Origin: Candidatus Magasanikiibacteriota bacterium
Lineage (GTDB): Bacteria; Patescibacteriota; Patescibacteriia; Magasanikbacterales; GWA2-37-8
NCBI GenBank assembly: GCA_041678665.1
Contig: JBAYNU010000003.1
Span: forward strand, 12,008 to 76,007
DNA: 64,000 nucleotides
Direction of reading: 5' to 3'
Part shown: piece after piece, positions 37,233 to 45,678 of the stretch
Numbering within the stretch: position 1 is the first letter of the stretch
How the letters are laid out: the number at the start of each line of letters is the position of its first letter
Program-made: the position numbers and the translations under genes
The notes under the pieces: model-generated
Told to the model about the DNA's origin: nothing
What the model saw: the letters and a program-made list of their open reading frames with translations, nothing else
Databases searched by the model: none

Positions 37233-39335
37233 ATGAAAATGAATATGAAACAAAAAAATATTACCATTATTGAAGAACCAAACGTGATAGATGACCATTT
37301 ATTAGATATTATCGGCAACGAATTTAAGTTCGACCACGAAAAAGGAATTGCAGAGTGGATAAAAAATTCAAAAGACGCATATACAAGGTCCGACTTGCCG
37401 GATTCAGAACAAAACATAATATTACGCTTTGTAGACGGAAAACAAGACGACGCTGCTTTTGAATGTATTGATTTTGTTGGTATGAGTGATACGGATATTG
37501 ATAAAGCATTTAAGAGATGGGGTGACCCGGAAGCTGCAAAACGTGGTTTGAAAAAGAGAGTATATGGCGGTCACGGAAATGGCGGAAAATTTTATATGCG
37601 CCAGATGTTTGAGAAATCTCATTTTGTAACCTATAAAGACGGCAAGATCAACATTTTTGGTTTTAATGAAAACCGTAAATACGGTTTCGCTGACGGTTTT
37701 AAGAATAAGAAAGCCAACCCCAAAGAAGCATTTTCTATTGCTAATATCGAAGACTTAAATTTTCCCAAGGGAGTCAAAGAACAGATTGTGGAAGGTAAGA
37801 TTGGTTTTACCGTGGTTAGAGGAATCGGTCCGTCAAAAATGAAAAATAATATTAAATTTGATAAGTTGGTTGAAAAATTAAAAAATCATCCGCAGGCGCG
37901 TCGCATATTAATTCGAATTAGTGTATGGGCCAGCCACAATAATTTTTCTGACGCTACACTTCTTAAACCCGACGACATTAAACCGCTTCCAAATTTTGAA
38001 AAGCCGTATTTTGTTGAAATACCGTCGGTTATTGAGATAATTGAAAGCGGAGAGAAAAATTCGGTAGAAATGGCAAATGCAAAATATCAAGTTGGAAATT
38101 TGGTGTTAAAAACTTCCGAAGAGGCATTCGGTAAGGGCAGCCGGGTAGCCGATCTGAACAGGGTTGATATAATAGGTGAGGTAGGAGTTATAGCTTCATA
38201 TCAATTTTTTGAATTGGGGGTGACCGCATTCCCGCAAGCTTCATTTATTTATGGTGAATGTGAGTGTCCGATATTGGAAGATTCTGAAATGGACGCCGTA
38301 AAGAACGATCGCTCAAAACTTGTAGAAAATAATGTGCGTGCGGTTGCTCTCTTGGGTTGGTTGAGGGAGCAAGTTGATAAATACGCAAACTCAATTGCCG
38401 CATTGGAGAAAAAAGAACAAGAGGTTCAACGAAGACAAATATCGGCTGCTTATAATGATTTTTTGAATAAATGGAAAGATAGGTTTATGTCCAAATTTAT
38501 GGGAGATTTATTCAAAAGCGGCGGTGGTGCTGGCGGCGGAAATAACGATGAGGGAGGGGTTAAGAGAAAAATATTAGAATTACCCAAGGATGGTTTTGCT
38601 TTTAGTTATCCCTATGCTGAAATACAAAATAGCCTTGAAGAGAGGATCACGTTAAAAGCGTCCGTCCCTAATCCAATTCCGCTCGGAAGTATTATAAAAA
38701 TAGAGGCGTCTTCAAATAATATCATCGTTAGTGAACAAAAAATTACAATAAAAGCGGAAAATATAAAAACAACGCCGTCCGGAGACACGGTTGCAGTTAT
38801 AAACTTTATTGTTATTGGTAAAAAAGTTGGAGAAGAGGCGCAACTTATCGCTACCGTCGGTAAATTAAGCACCGAAATGACCGTTAAAACCATTGAAGCT
38901 ACGGGGAAAGATAAAGGTAAGAACCCTAAAACTCCGCAAGTTTTGCTCTCGGGAATACACCCGGATCCATTAATGATAAATCCCGGGGAACAATCGGTTA
39001 TATTGTCCGAACGTGATCCGTTAGTTTACCAACGGTATCAGGATGTGCAAGAAGGGATTTATTGGATCAATACGCAAAGTCCTTTGGCCAAGGCGATACT
39101 TGATAGATATACTGATAATTCAATAAGATGGCGGGATTATCTTTTTCAAAGATATGTTGACATTTTTGTCAAACAAATGCTGCACGAATTGCAAAAAAGA
39201 GATTCGGAAAATTTTCGAGCAGATAGGGTCGACAGCGAACTGGATGAATTAACAAGAAAAGTCCATTTTGCGGCCATTAACGACCTCAACCAATTTTTCT
39301 TTGAGGAAGACTTTACGCCGGTCGAAAAATTATGA
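37233..39335 (+). CDS. GHKL (HATPase_c/MORC-like) ATPase
   Basis: EWIKNSKDA, DFVGMS, GGHGNGGK, GFTVV; later Ig-like/beta-rich and helical regions. Confidence 0.8.
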   Translation: MKMNMKQKNITIIEEPNVIDDHLLDIIGNEFKFDHEKGIAEWIKNSKDAYTRSDLPDSEQNIILRFVDGKQDDAAFECIDFVGMSDTDIDKAFKRWGDPEAAKRGLKKRVYGGHGNGGKFYMRQMFEKSHFVTYKDGKINIFGFNENRKYGFADGFKNKKANPKEAFSIANIEDLNFPKGVKEQIVEGKIGFTVVRGIGPSKMKNNIKFDKLVEKLKNHPQARRILIRISVWASHNNFSDATLLKPDDIKPLPNFEKPYFVEIPSVIEIIESGEKNSVEMANAKYQVGNLVLKTSEEAFGKGSRVADLNRVDIIGEVGVIASYQFFELGVTAFPQASFIYGECECPILEDSEMDAVKNDRSKLVENNVRAVALLGWLREQVDKYANSIAALEKKEQEVQRRQISAAYNDFLNKWKDRFMSKFMGDLFKSGGGAGGGNNDEGGVKRKILELPKDGFAFSYPYAEIQNSLEERITLKASVPNPIPLGSIIKIEASSNNIIVSEQKITIKAENIKTTPSGDTVAVINFIVIGKKVGEEAQLIATVGKLSTEMTVKTIEATGKDKGKNPKTPQVLLSGIHPDPLMINPGEQSVILSERDPLVYQRYQDVQEGIYWINTQSPLAKAILDRYTDNSIRWRDYLFQRYVDIFVKQMLHELQKRDSENFRADRVDSELDELTRKVHFAAINDLNQFFFEEDFTPVEKL

Positions 39336-40423
39336 ATTTTGAAGGAAACATAATAAACATCGTCTGTGAAAATTACGGGGTTAACAAAGAGGCCGTTTTT
39401 GCACAGGACAGGCAACAAAACATTGCGGAAGTCAGGATGGTTCTTGCCTATTGTTTAAGGTTGGTTGAAAATTTATCTTTTCCGGCAATAGGAAAAATTA
39501 TCGGTAATAGGGATCACACCACGATGATGCACTCTTGTAGTAGGATTGCCAAAAAAATTGAACAAGACAAAAAATTTGCCGTCAGAATCAAATTAATTAT
39601 CGATAAGATTTTGGCTAATAGATATAATGAGGTAGCCAAACCAAAAGTTAATCCGATAGAAATTAATATTGGTGAAGATGAAGAAGAGTCAGAACCAGAA
39701 CCAGATTTGAATTATTATGTGGTGCCTTATGAAAATGAAAAGTTAGAATTATCAGATAGAGAAAGGGGTATTTTAATACGATATCGAAACGGCGAAACTC
39801 TGAGAAAAATAGGTCAAACGGAAAAAGTCACGACACAGCGTATTAGCCAAATAATCATCAAAGCGGTTACCAAGGAAGTTAAAGCAAAAATAAGGGAGGG
39901 ATTTGATATTGATATTGAAGAATCTATAAAAGGCGAAAAAATTGCTCATAATTTTAATTTATCTAAAAAAATATCTGACGAAGATGTTAGAAAACTTACC
40001 CCGGAATTTATATTAAGAGTTGGCAGCGGCACCCAAATAAAAGCCTTGGCAAAAGAAGTCGGACTGTCGGTATCAAAATTTAATAAATTCTTCCCCGAAG
40101 TGTTAGAAGAAGCCGATAATAAAAAAAGACGAGAAAAACAACGATGGACAAAATATTATATTAGTTGTAGGGGGTGCGGAACCACCAAAATACCACACGT
40201 AAAAAAAGGGTATTGTGAGCAATGCCTTGGTGTTTTTCGCGGGAAGAGAAGAGATTCGGTATTGAAGAATAAAAATAAATGCGAAGTATGTAGTATTGAA
40301 CGCGGGAAAGCGATACAAAAGTATAAGAAAGATTTCTATATTACTAAGGACGGACGGGTATTGTGTCGCAATTGTTTTTTACAATTAACCGGCGATAAGC
40401 TTGCGTCAAGCAGGTGGAAATAA
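39332..40423 (+). CDS. DnaA domain-IV + sigma70 r4-like HTH + multi-Cys fusion protein
   Basis: LSFPAIGKIIGNRDHTTMMHS; LSDRER...TLRKIG..VTTQRISQI; four CxxC pairs. Confidence 0.8.
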   Translation: MNFEGNIINIVCENYGVNKEAVFAQDRQQNIAEVRMVLAYCLRLVENLSFPAIGKIIGNRDHTTMMHSCSRIAKKIEQDKKFAVRIKLIIDKILANRYNEVAKPKVNPIEINIGEDEEESEPEPDLNYYVVPYENEKLELSDRERGILIRYRNGETLRKIGQTEKVTTQRISQIIIKAVTKEVKAKIREGFDIDIEESIKGEKIAHNFNLSKKISDEDVRKLTPEFILRVGSGTQIKALAKEVGLSVSKFNKFFPEVLEEADNKKRREKQRWTKYYISCRGCGTTKIPHVKKGYCEQCLGVFRGKRRDSVLKNKNKCEVCSIERGKAIQKYKKDFYITKDGRVLCRNCFLQLTGDKLASSRWK

Positions 40424-40434
40424 ATCGAAATAAA

Positions 40435-41394
40435 TTAATGATTTGCCCCTGTTTCAAGTATTTTACGCACTTTCTTAGCGACTGCCGCAGCCACATTTAC
40501 GGTTACGGCATTACCCAATTGCTGATACGCTCTGGTTATAGAAACAGGCCACTTGTATTTTTCAGGAAACCCTTGTAACCGCGCACATTCCTTAACCGTC
40601 ATTCTTCTAATCCCAAATTTATTTTTCTTAACCGGCCTGTCTTTTATTAAGTTCCTTTCACGGCCCATATTCCCCGCTACCAATGTATTAGAGATGCCAC
40701 CAACATCCAAGATTTGACATCCAAATCCGCTGCCTTTTTTCTCGTGCCGTTTTTTGTGTTTAAGTAAACCCTTGTAGTATTTTTGTGACAGATAATAGAA
40801 TTCATCAATGTCTTTTTCTAAGATGTCAGAAAGAGCAACCGGTTTACAATGGGGTTTAGGGAATTCAAAATCTATACTGTGATCCAAAAAACCAACTATA
40901 TATAGCCGTTCTCTGTGCTGCGGAACGCCAAAGTTTTTCGAATCTAATACGGCTTCTTTTACGCGATACCCGGCCCACTCCAAGTTTTGTTTTAGTCGTT
41001 CATATACCTTGCCCTTGTCATAAAGGCGAAGGTGTTTAACATTTTCTAAAACAAAAGCCCGCGGTTGTTTTGCGGCCAAAATTCGGATGATATGAAAAAA
41101 CGCTTTGGCGCGATCATCGTTAAGCCCTTTTCGTTTCCCTATCATTGAAAATGGCTGGCAGGGAAAGCCGCCCAATAAAATATCAAAATCTGGTATAATA
41201 TCGGTATTGATATTCTTTATGTCATTTTGATCAATGTCACCAAAATTAGCCCTGTATGTCTTACAAGCGTTCGGATCCAAGTCGTTTGAGTAAACAACCT
41301 GAAATCCAGCCTTTTCAAATCCCATCCTCATACCCCCGATTCCGGCGAATAGATCAATGACTTTGAATTTGTTTTTTTTGTTATTTTTCCCCAT
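40435..41394 (-). CDS. DNA (cytosine-5) methyltransferase, M.HpaII-like
   Basis: LFAGIGG, FPCQPFS, ENV, QHRER; variable region HKKRHEKKGSGFG...MGRERNL resembles M.HpaII from recall. Confidence 0.93.
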   Translation of the reverse strand: MGKNNKKNKFKVIDLFAGIGGMRMGFEKAGFQVVYSNDLDPNACKTYRANFGDIDQNDIKNINTDIIPDFDILLGGFPCQPFSMIGKRKGLNDDRAKAFFHIIRILAAKQPRAFVLENVKHLRLYDKGKVYERLKQNLEWAGYRVKEAVLDSKNFGVPQHRERLYIVGFLDHSIDFEFPKPHCKPVALSDILEKDIDEFYYLSQKYYKGLLKHKKRHEKKGSGFGCQILDVGGISNTLVAGNMGRERNLIKDRPVKKNKFGIRRMTVKECARLQGFPEKYKWPVSITRAYQQLGNAVTVNVAAAVAKKVRKILETGANH

Positions 41395-41442
41395 AAAACC
41401 TGTTGAACAGTTTGATTATATCATAGATTGTAATTTTAGTAT

Positions 41443-42066
41443 ATGCGTAAATTTGGCCTTCACGATAACCTAACGGATAAAGAAAAGCGGCTTATTAGGA
41501 CGCTGAGACGGCAAGTATTGTCTTGGGCTAAGTCCCAAGATGTATTTTATTATTGGCGAAAAAAGCCGACCGCATACTCAATATTAATGGCCGAGTTGCT
41601 ATTACAAAGGACAAGGGCTCAACAAGCGGAAAAGCAGTTTATTATTTATATGAAAAAATATCCAACCTTTTCAAAATTACAAAAGGCAAAGAAAAGTGGT
41701 TTGTCTAAAATATTTCGACCGTTAGGTTTAGAAAAACGAGTAAATACAGTCACTACCCTCGTTAAAGTGATAAATAAAAATTATAACGGCGATATACCCA
41801 AAAAATATGAAGACTTGATGAAACTACCCGGAGTCGGTGATTATATAGCAAATGCCGTAATGATTTTTGCTCTTAATCGCCCCGGGTGGTTGGTAGATGT
41901 AAATATTATAAAGGTGTTTTCGGATTTGTTCGGGTTGAATATTAGCCGTGAGGAGGGTAAAAAATCAAAATTTATTAAAGAATGTTCTAAATATTTTACA
42001 TCGCTCGGCAATCCGCGTAAATCAAATTGGAATTTATTGGATTATGCGATGAAGAATGGGGGATAA
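41443..42066 (+). CDS. HhH-GPD DNA glycosylase, MIG (T:G mismatch)-like
   Basis: ELLLQRT, LPGVGDY (Tyr as in MIG), VDVN; no C-terminal 4Fe-4S Cys motif. Confidence 0.8.
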   Translation: MRKFGLHDNLTDKEKRLIRTLRRQVLSWAKSQDVFYYWRKKPTAYSILMAELLLQRTRAQQAEKQFIIYMKKYPTFSKLQKAKKSGLSKIFRPLGLEKRVNTVTTLVKVINKNYNGDIPKKYEDLMKLPGVGDYIANAVMIFALNRPGWLVDVNIIKVFSDLFGLNISREEGKKSKFIKECSKYFTSLGNPRKSNWNLLDYAMKNGG

Positions 42067-42366
42067 TATTCGTTGGGGTTCTAACCGGTTTTTTCCAACA
42101 GGCCAAATAACCAAATAACAACATAAAAGGCCCGAAATTGATTTTCAGGCCTTTTACCCAAATAACCCCTGCGGGGTCAAACAAATATTATTAACTAAAC
42201 GGTAAATTGACTTTCGGTCAGTTTCGGAATATAGTAAACCAAGCCGTTATACTGCTCGATTTCGGTTCTAACGCGCTTCACAAAGCAGCTCATTGTAAGA
42301 GACCCAATTTTGATGAGGATTTTACTAAATTTAGGTTATTTGTTTCTGCCGTAGATTTTAACTAAT

Positions 42367-42439
42367 GCCATCTTAGCTCAGTTGGTAGAGCGGCACATTC
42401 GTAACGTGCAGGTCTCGGGTTCGATCCCCGAAGATGGCT
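42367..42439 (+). tRNA. tRNA-Thr(CGT)
   Basis: gccatct...agatggct, anticodon loop ttCGTaa. Confidence 0.92.
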
Positions 42440-42746
42440 CAAAGAAATATCGAGGGTAGTAAGCAGGAAAGGGTGGAAACAATTGTTTTCACTTACTGAG
42501 GAAAGCTCACGAAAACCCGAAGGTTTTCGTGAGGACCCCGACTTTACGTCGGGACGAGTGAGATCCCCGAAGAAGGTTCAATTTGTTCATCCACAGGAGT
42601 TCTGTTGTTAAGGGTATTTTTATGTTATAATAGAATTGTAAATCTGATACCCTAACGAATCTCGACTATATTCGTATAAATTCGTGTTATAAATTTCCTA
42701 CCTATCGTCTGCCTGTTCAGTAGGCGGGGTAGGCAGGCGTGGTCCT

Positions 42747-43427
42747 ATGATTAAATTACAAAATATTACCAAAATTTATTCGACCGGCACTATTGCTTTA
42801 CGCAATCTTAACCTTCATGTGAAGCCGGGAGAGTTTATTTCTATCATCGGACAAAGCGGTAGCGGTAAAACCACTCTGGTTAAATTAATGATTGCCGAAG
42901 AACGGCCTAATAAAGGGCAGATCGAAATTGGAGAATGGGACATAACCAAGATTGGTTCCAATGAAGTTCCTTTTTTGCGGCGGCAAATCGGAGTAATATT
43001 TCAAGATTATAAACTTTTACCCAGAAAGACAGTAATGGAAAATGTGTCATTTGCTTTGGAGGTGGCCGGCGAGTCATCTGCTCATATCCAAAAAGTTGTT
43101 CCTCAAGTTTTGGAGATAGTCGGTTTACACAAAAAATCATCTCATTATCCCATGCAATTATCCGGTGGCGAACAACAGCGCGTCGCTATTGCTCGTTCTT
43201 TGGTACATCGGCCAAAAATTATTGTAGCAGATGAGCCTACTGGAAATTTGGACGCTATTAATACCGAAGAAATTATTGAAATTTTAAAAAAGATTAATGA
43301 GGTTGGCACTACAATTCTACTTTTTACCCATAACCGCGAAATTGTTAATCGTTTGCGTCGTCGAGTAATTACTTTGCACAATGGCGAATTAATTATGGAT
43401 CAAGCGGAAGGGAAGTATGTTTTGTAG
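42747..43427 (+). CDS. ftsE: Cell division ATP-binding protein FtsE
   Basis: GQSGSGKTT, LRRQIGVIFQDYKLL, LSGGEQQR, ADEPTGNLD; precedes ftsX. Confidence 0.93.
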   Translation: MIKLQNITKIYSTGTIALRNLNLHVKPGEFISIIGQSGSGKTTLVKLMIAEERPNKGQIEIGEWDITKIGSNEVPFLRRQIGVIFQDYKLLPRKTVMENVSFALEVAGESSAHIQKVVPQVLEIVGLHKKSSHYPMQLSGGEQQRVAIARSLVHRPKIIVADEPTGNLDAINTEEIIEILKKINEVGTTILLFTHNREIVNRLRRRVITLHNGELIMDQAEGKYVL

Positions 43428-43481
43428 CTAATAGCTTTTAGGTTTCTAACAGCTATTAGCTAACAGCTATAAGCTAATACT

Positions 43482-44390
43482 ATGTTATCACTTTGGCGTA
43501 TTATAAAATTTGCTTTTCAAGACATGATTCGCAATATCGGTCTATCTTTTATGACCGTTTTTATTTTGGTGCTCATGTTGTTATCGGTGAATGTACTTTT
43601 GGTAGTAGATACTTTGACCAAAGAGGCGGTGCGCATGGTAAAAGATCAAGTTAATGTTAGTTTGTATTTTGCGCCCGATGCCGGCGATAAAGATATTGCC
43701 GCGATTAGCCAGTACATTAATGAATTTCCCGAAGTAGTGACAGTTGCGCTTTTAAGCCGAGACGAAGTATTATCTTCGTTTAAAGAGCGCCATCAAAATA
43801 ATTCAGAAGTTGAACAGGCATTAGATGAGTTAGGCAACAATCCCTTTGGCCCTACGATGATTATAAAAACTAAAGAGCCGGGTGACTATAAAAAAATATT
43901 TACTGCTTTGGATGTCCCGGAGTATGCCAGTTTAATTGAAGCCAAGAGCTTTGATGGCAACGAAGATGCTATTAATCGCATTCAGAACATCACCAATCGT
44001 ATTGAGCGGGTTGGTTTTGGTTTATCGGTGTTATTTGCCATTATTGCTTTTCTTATTATTTTTAATACGGTTCGCGTGGCTATTAATACTCAGCGTATCG
44101 AAATTGGCATTAAGCGCTTGGTTGGTGCCAGCAATTGGTTCATTCGCGGACCTTATTTGGTAGAGTCACTAGTATTTACCATTATTTCCGTAGGGGTTAC
44201 TATTATTTTGGTATACATTGGGTTGCGCTGGCTCGATCCTTATTTAGCCGTGGTTTTTCCTGCCAGCTTCTCCTTGACAAATTTTTATAATTCGCATATT
44301 CTGTATGTGTTTGGTACTCAGATTCTGTCGGTTTTGCTTTTAACCATTTTATCTAGTGTTTTGGCAATGAGAAGACAGCTTAAGGTCTGA
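43482..44390 (+). CDS. ftsX: Cell division permease FtsX
   Basis: NPF, IFNTVR, EI...RLVGASNWFIRGPY. Confidence 0.92.
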   Translation: MLSLWRIIKFAFQDMIRNIGLSFMTVFILVLMLLSVNVLLVVDTLTKEAVRMVKDQVNVSLYFAPDAGDKDIAAISQYINEFPEVVTVALLSRDEVLSSFKERHQNNSEVEQALDELGNNPFGPTMIIKTKEPGDYKKIFTALDVPEYASLIEAKSFDGNEDAINRIQNITNRIERVGFGLSVLFAIIAFLIIFNTVRVAINTQRIEIGIKRLVGASNWFIRGPYLVESLVFTIISVGVTIILVYIGLRWLDPYLAVVFPASFSLTNFYNSHILYVFGTQILSVLLLTILSSVLAMRRQLKV

Positions 44391-44441
44391 TTAAAAATTT
44401 ACTATTCAAAAACGGTCGGCTAGGCCAGCCGTTTTTTAGAC

Positions 44442-44512
44442 TCCGGGGTCGTCCAACGGCAAGACAGTGGCCTTTGAAGCCATTTATCCTGGTTCGAATC
44501 CAGGCCCCGGAA
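44442..44512 (+). tRNA. tRNA-Gln(TTG)
   Basis: tccgggg...ccccgga, anticodon loop ctTTGaa. Confidence 0.92.
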
Positions 44513-44577
44513 CAGCTAAAATAAAAGAAGCGGGCCCATTTGGGTCCGCTTTTGTTTATGTTTGGTCCTGCGCCTTT

Positions 44578-44790
44578 CTATGCGGCTACGGAACGTTGAG
44601 GAACCAACTTTGCGTATAAATAAGGTCTTTCTTCGTAAACCAACTGAAGAAGACTTCGTTTAACGCTTTTTGACCAGATATCCAACCCGACCATTTTTCG
44701 AACGGTGGAATCGGAGAATCTTTTGTCGGTGATAGTCTTTTTTGCCCGGACTAATTTTGATCCAGGATACGAATTTTCAACGTGAATCAT
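44578..44790 (-). CDS. Small hypothetical protein
   Basis: SD-like aagga, upstream TTGACA..TATATT (-), downstream hairpin 44527-44553. Confidence 0.5.
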   Translation of the reverse strand: MIHVENSYPGSKLVRAKKTITDKRFSDSTVRKMVGLDIWSKSVKRSLLQLVYEERPYLYAKLVPQRSVAA

Positions 44791-44922
44791 CTTAAAATCC
44801 TTTCAGTCAAAGTTTATGATATGAAGTGAGCCATTATGGCTCTGATTTGGTAAAAGAGCTTATCAATATAGCACATTTTACCAAATTTGTCAAGGGGTGT
44901 AAAATAGTGTAAAATATACCCT

Positions 44923-45657
44923 ATGGAAAACATTATTTTGAAATTTGAAAAGTCTGAATTTAAATTATCTCTGCGCGGCGAGGCTGATACCAGTGTAATG
45001 CGGGAGATTTTTAAATTACGTGAATATCGTAGAGCGGAAGAGGTAATCAAACAAGCCCAAGATCCGATTTTGGATGTTGGCGCTCATGCTGGCTTTTTTA
45101 GTTTATATTGTCGGGCGCTTAATCCTGTCGTTAAAATTTTAGGATTAGAGCCGGAAAAAAATAATTTAGAGTTTTTTGCTAAGCATTTAAAAAATAATAA
45201 AATTAAAGATGTAGCTATAATTGCCGGGGCTTTGGCTGGTAAAACAGGGGAGAGGGTATTAAAGATTTCTAGTGACAGCCACAATCACCGGCTAAATGAT
45301 AATCGGTTGCCGGAGGTATTTTTGTCAAAAGCCGGCTATCGGGATGAAACCGAAGTGAAAGTGAGAGTGTTTTCATTGTTCGATTTGTGTCGTTTACATA
45401 AAATTAAAAAATTGTCTTTAATTAAAATGGATATTGAAGGTGGAGAATTTGAAGTGTTTGAAAGTTTGATGTCAGAAGATTATTTGCTTTTTCAAAGTAT
45501 AATTTTAGAGTACCACAATAATATCGATCATTATCAAATAATAGAAAATAAATTGCGTGTTAATGGTTTTGGAGTGCAGGTATTTCCTTCCAAATTTGAT
45601 AAAACTATGGGGTTTATTTTTGCTTCTAATAAAAGAGGGGCAAGTATTAGCACTTAA
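44923..45657 (+). CDS. FkbM family methyltransferase
   Basis: LDVGAHAGFFS, LEP, IKMDIEGGE, LEYH. Confidence 0.92.
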   Translation: MENIILKFEKSEFKLSLRGEADTSVMREIFKLREYRRAEEVIKQAQDPILDVGAHAGFFSLYCRALNPVVKILGLEPEKNNLEFFAKHLKNNKIKDVAIIAGALAGKTGERVLKISSDSHNHRLNDNRLPEVFLSKAGYRDETEVKVRVFSLFDLCRLHKIKKLSLIKMDIEGGEFEVFESLMSEDYLLFQSIILEYHNNIDHYQIIENKLRVNGFGVQVFPSKFDKTMGFIFASNKRGASIST

Positions 45658-45678
45658 ATAATTGCAGCTATTTTTTAT

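Larger units (their letters stand above)
26724..42291. mobile_element. Island 1: ~15.6 kb LSR-integrated element (satellite/IME-like) in tRNA-Gly
   Basis: LSR abuts the tRNA 3' end; core GCTC at 26720-26723 and 42288-42291; joining the ends restores an open integrase frame; primase-helicase and defence cargo. Confidence 0.85.

Noticed and set aside
42254-42280. Loose resemblance to the tRNA-Gly T-arm/3' end as a long att duplication
   Set aside because: Too gapped to be a duplicated tRNA end; the GCTC core at 42288-42291 explains the junction in-frame
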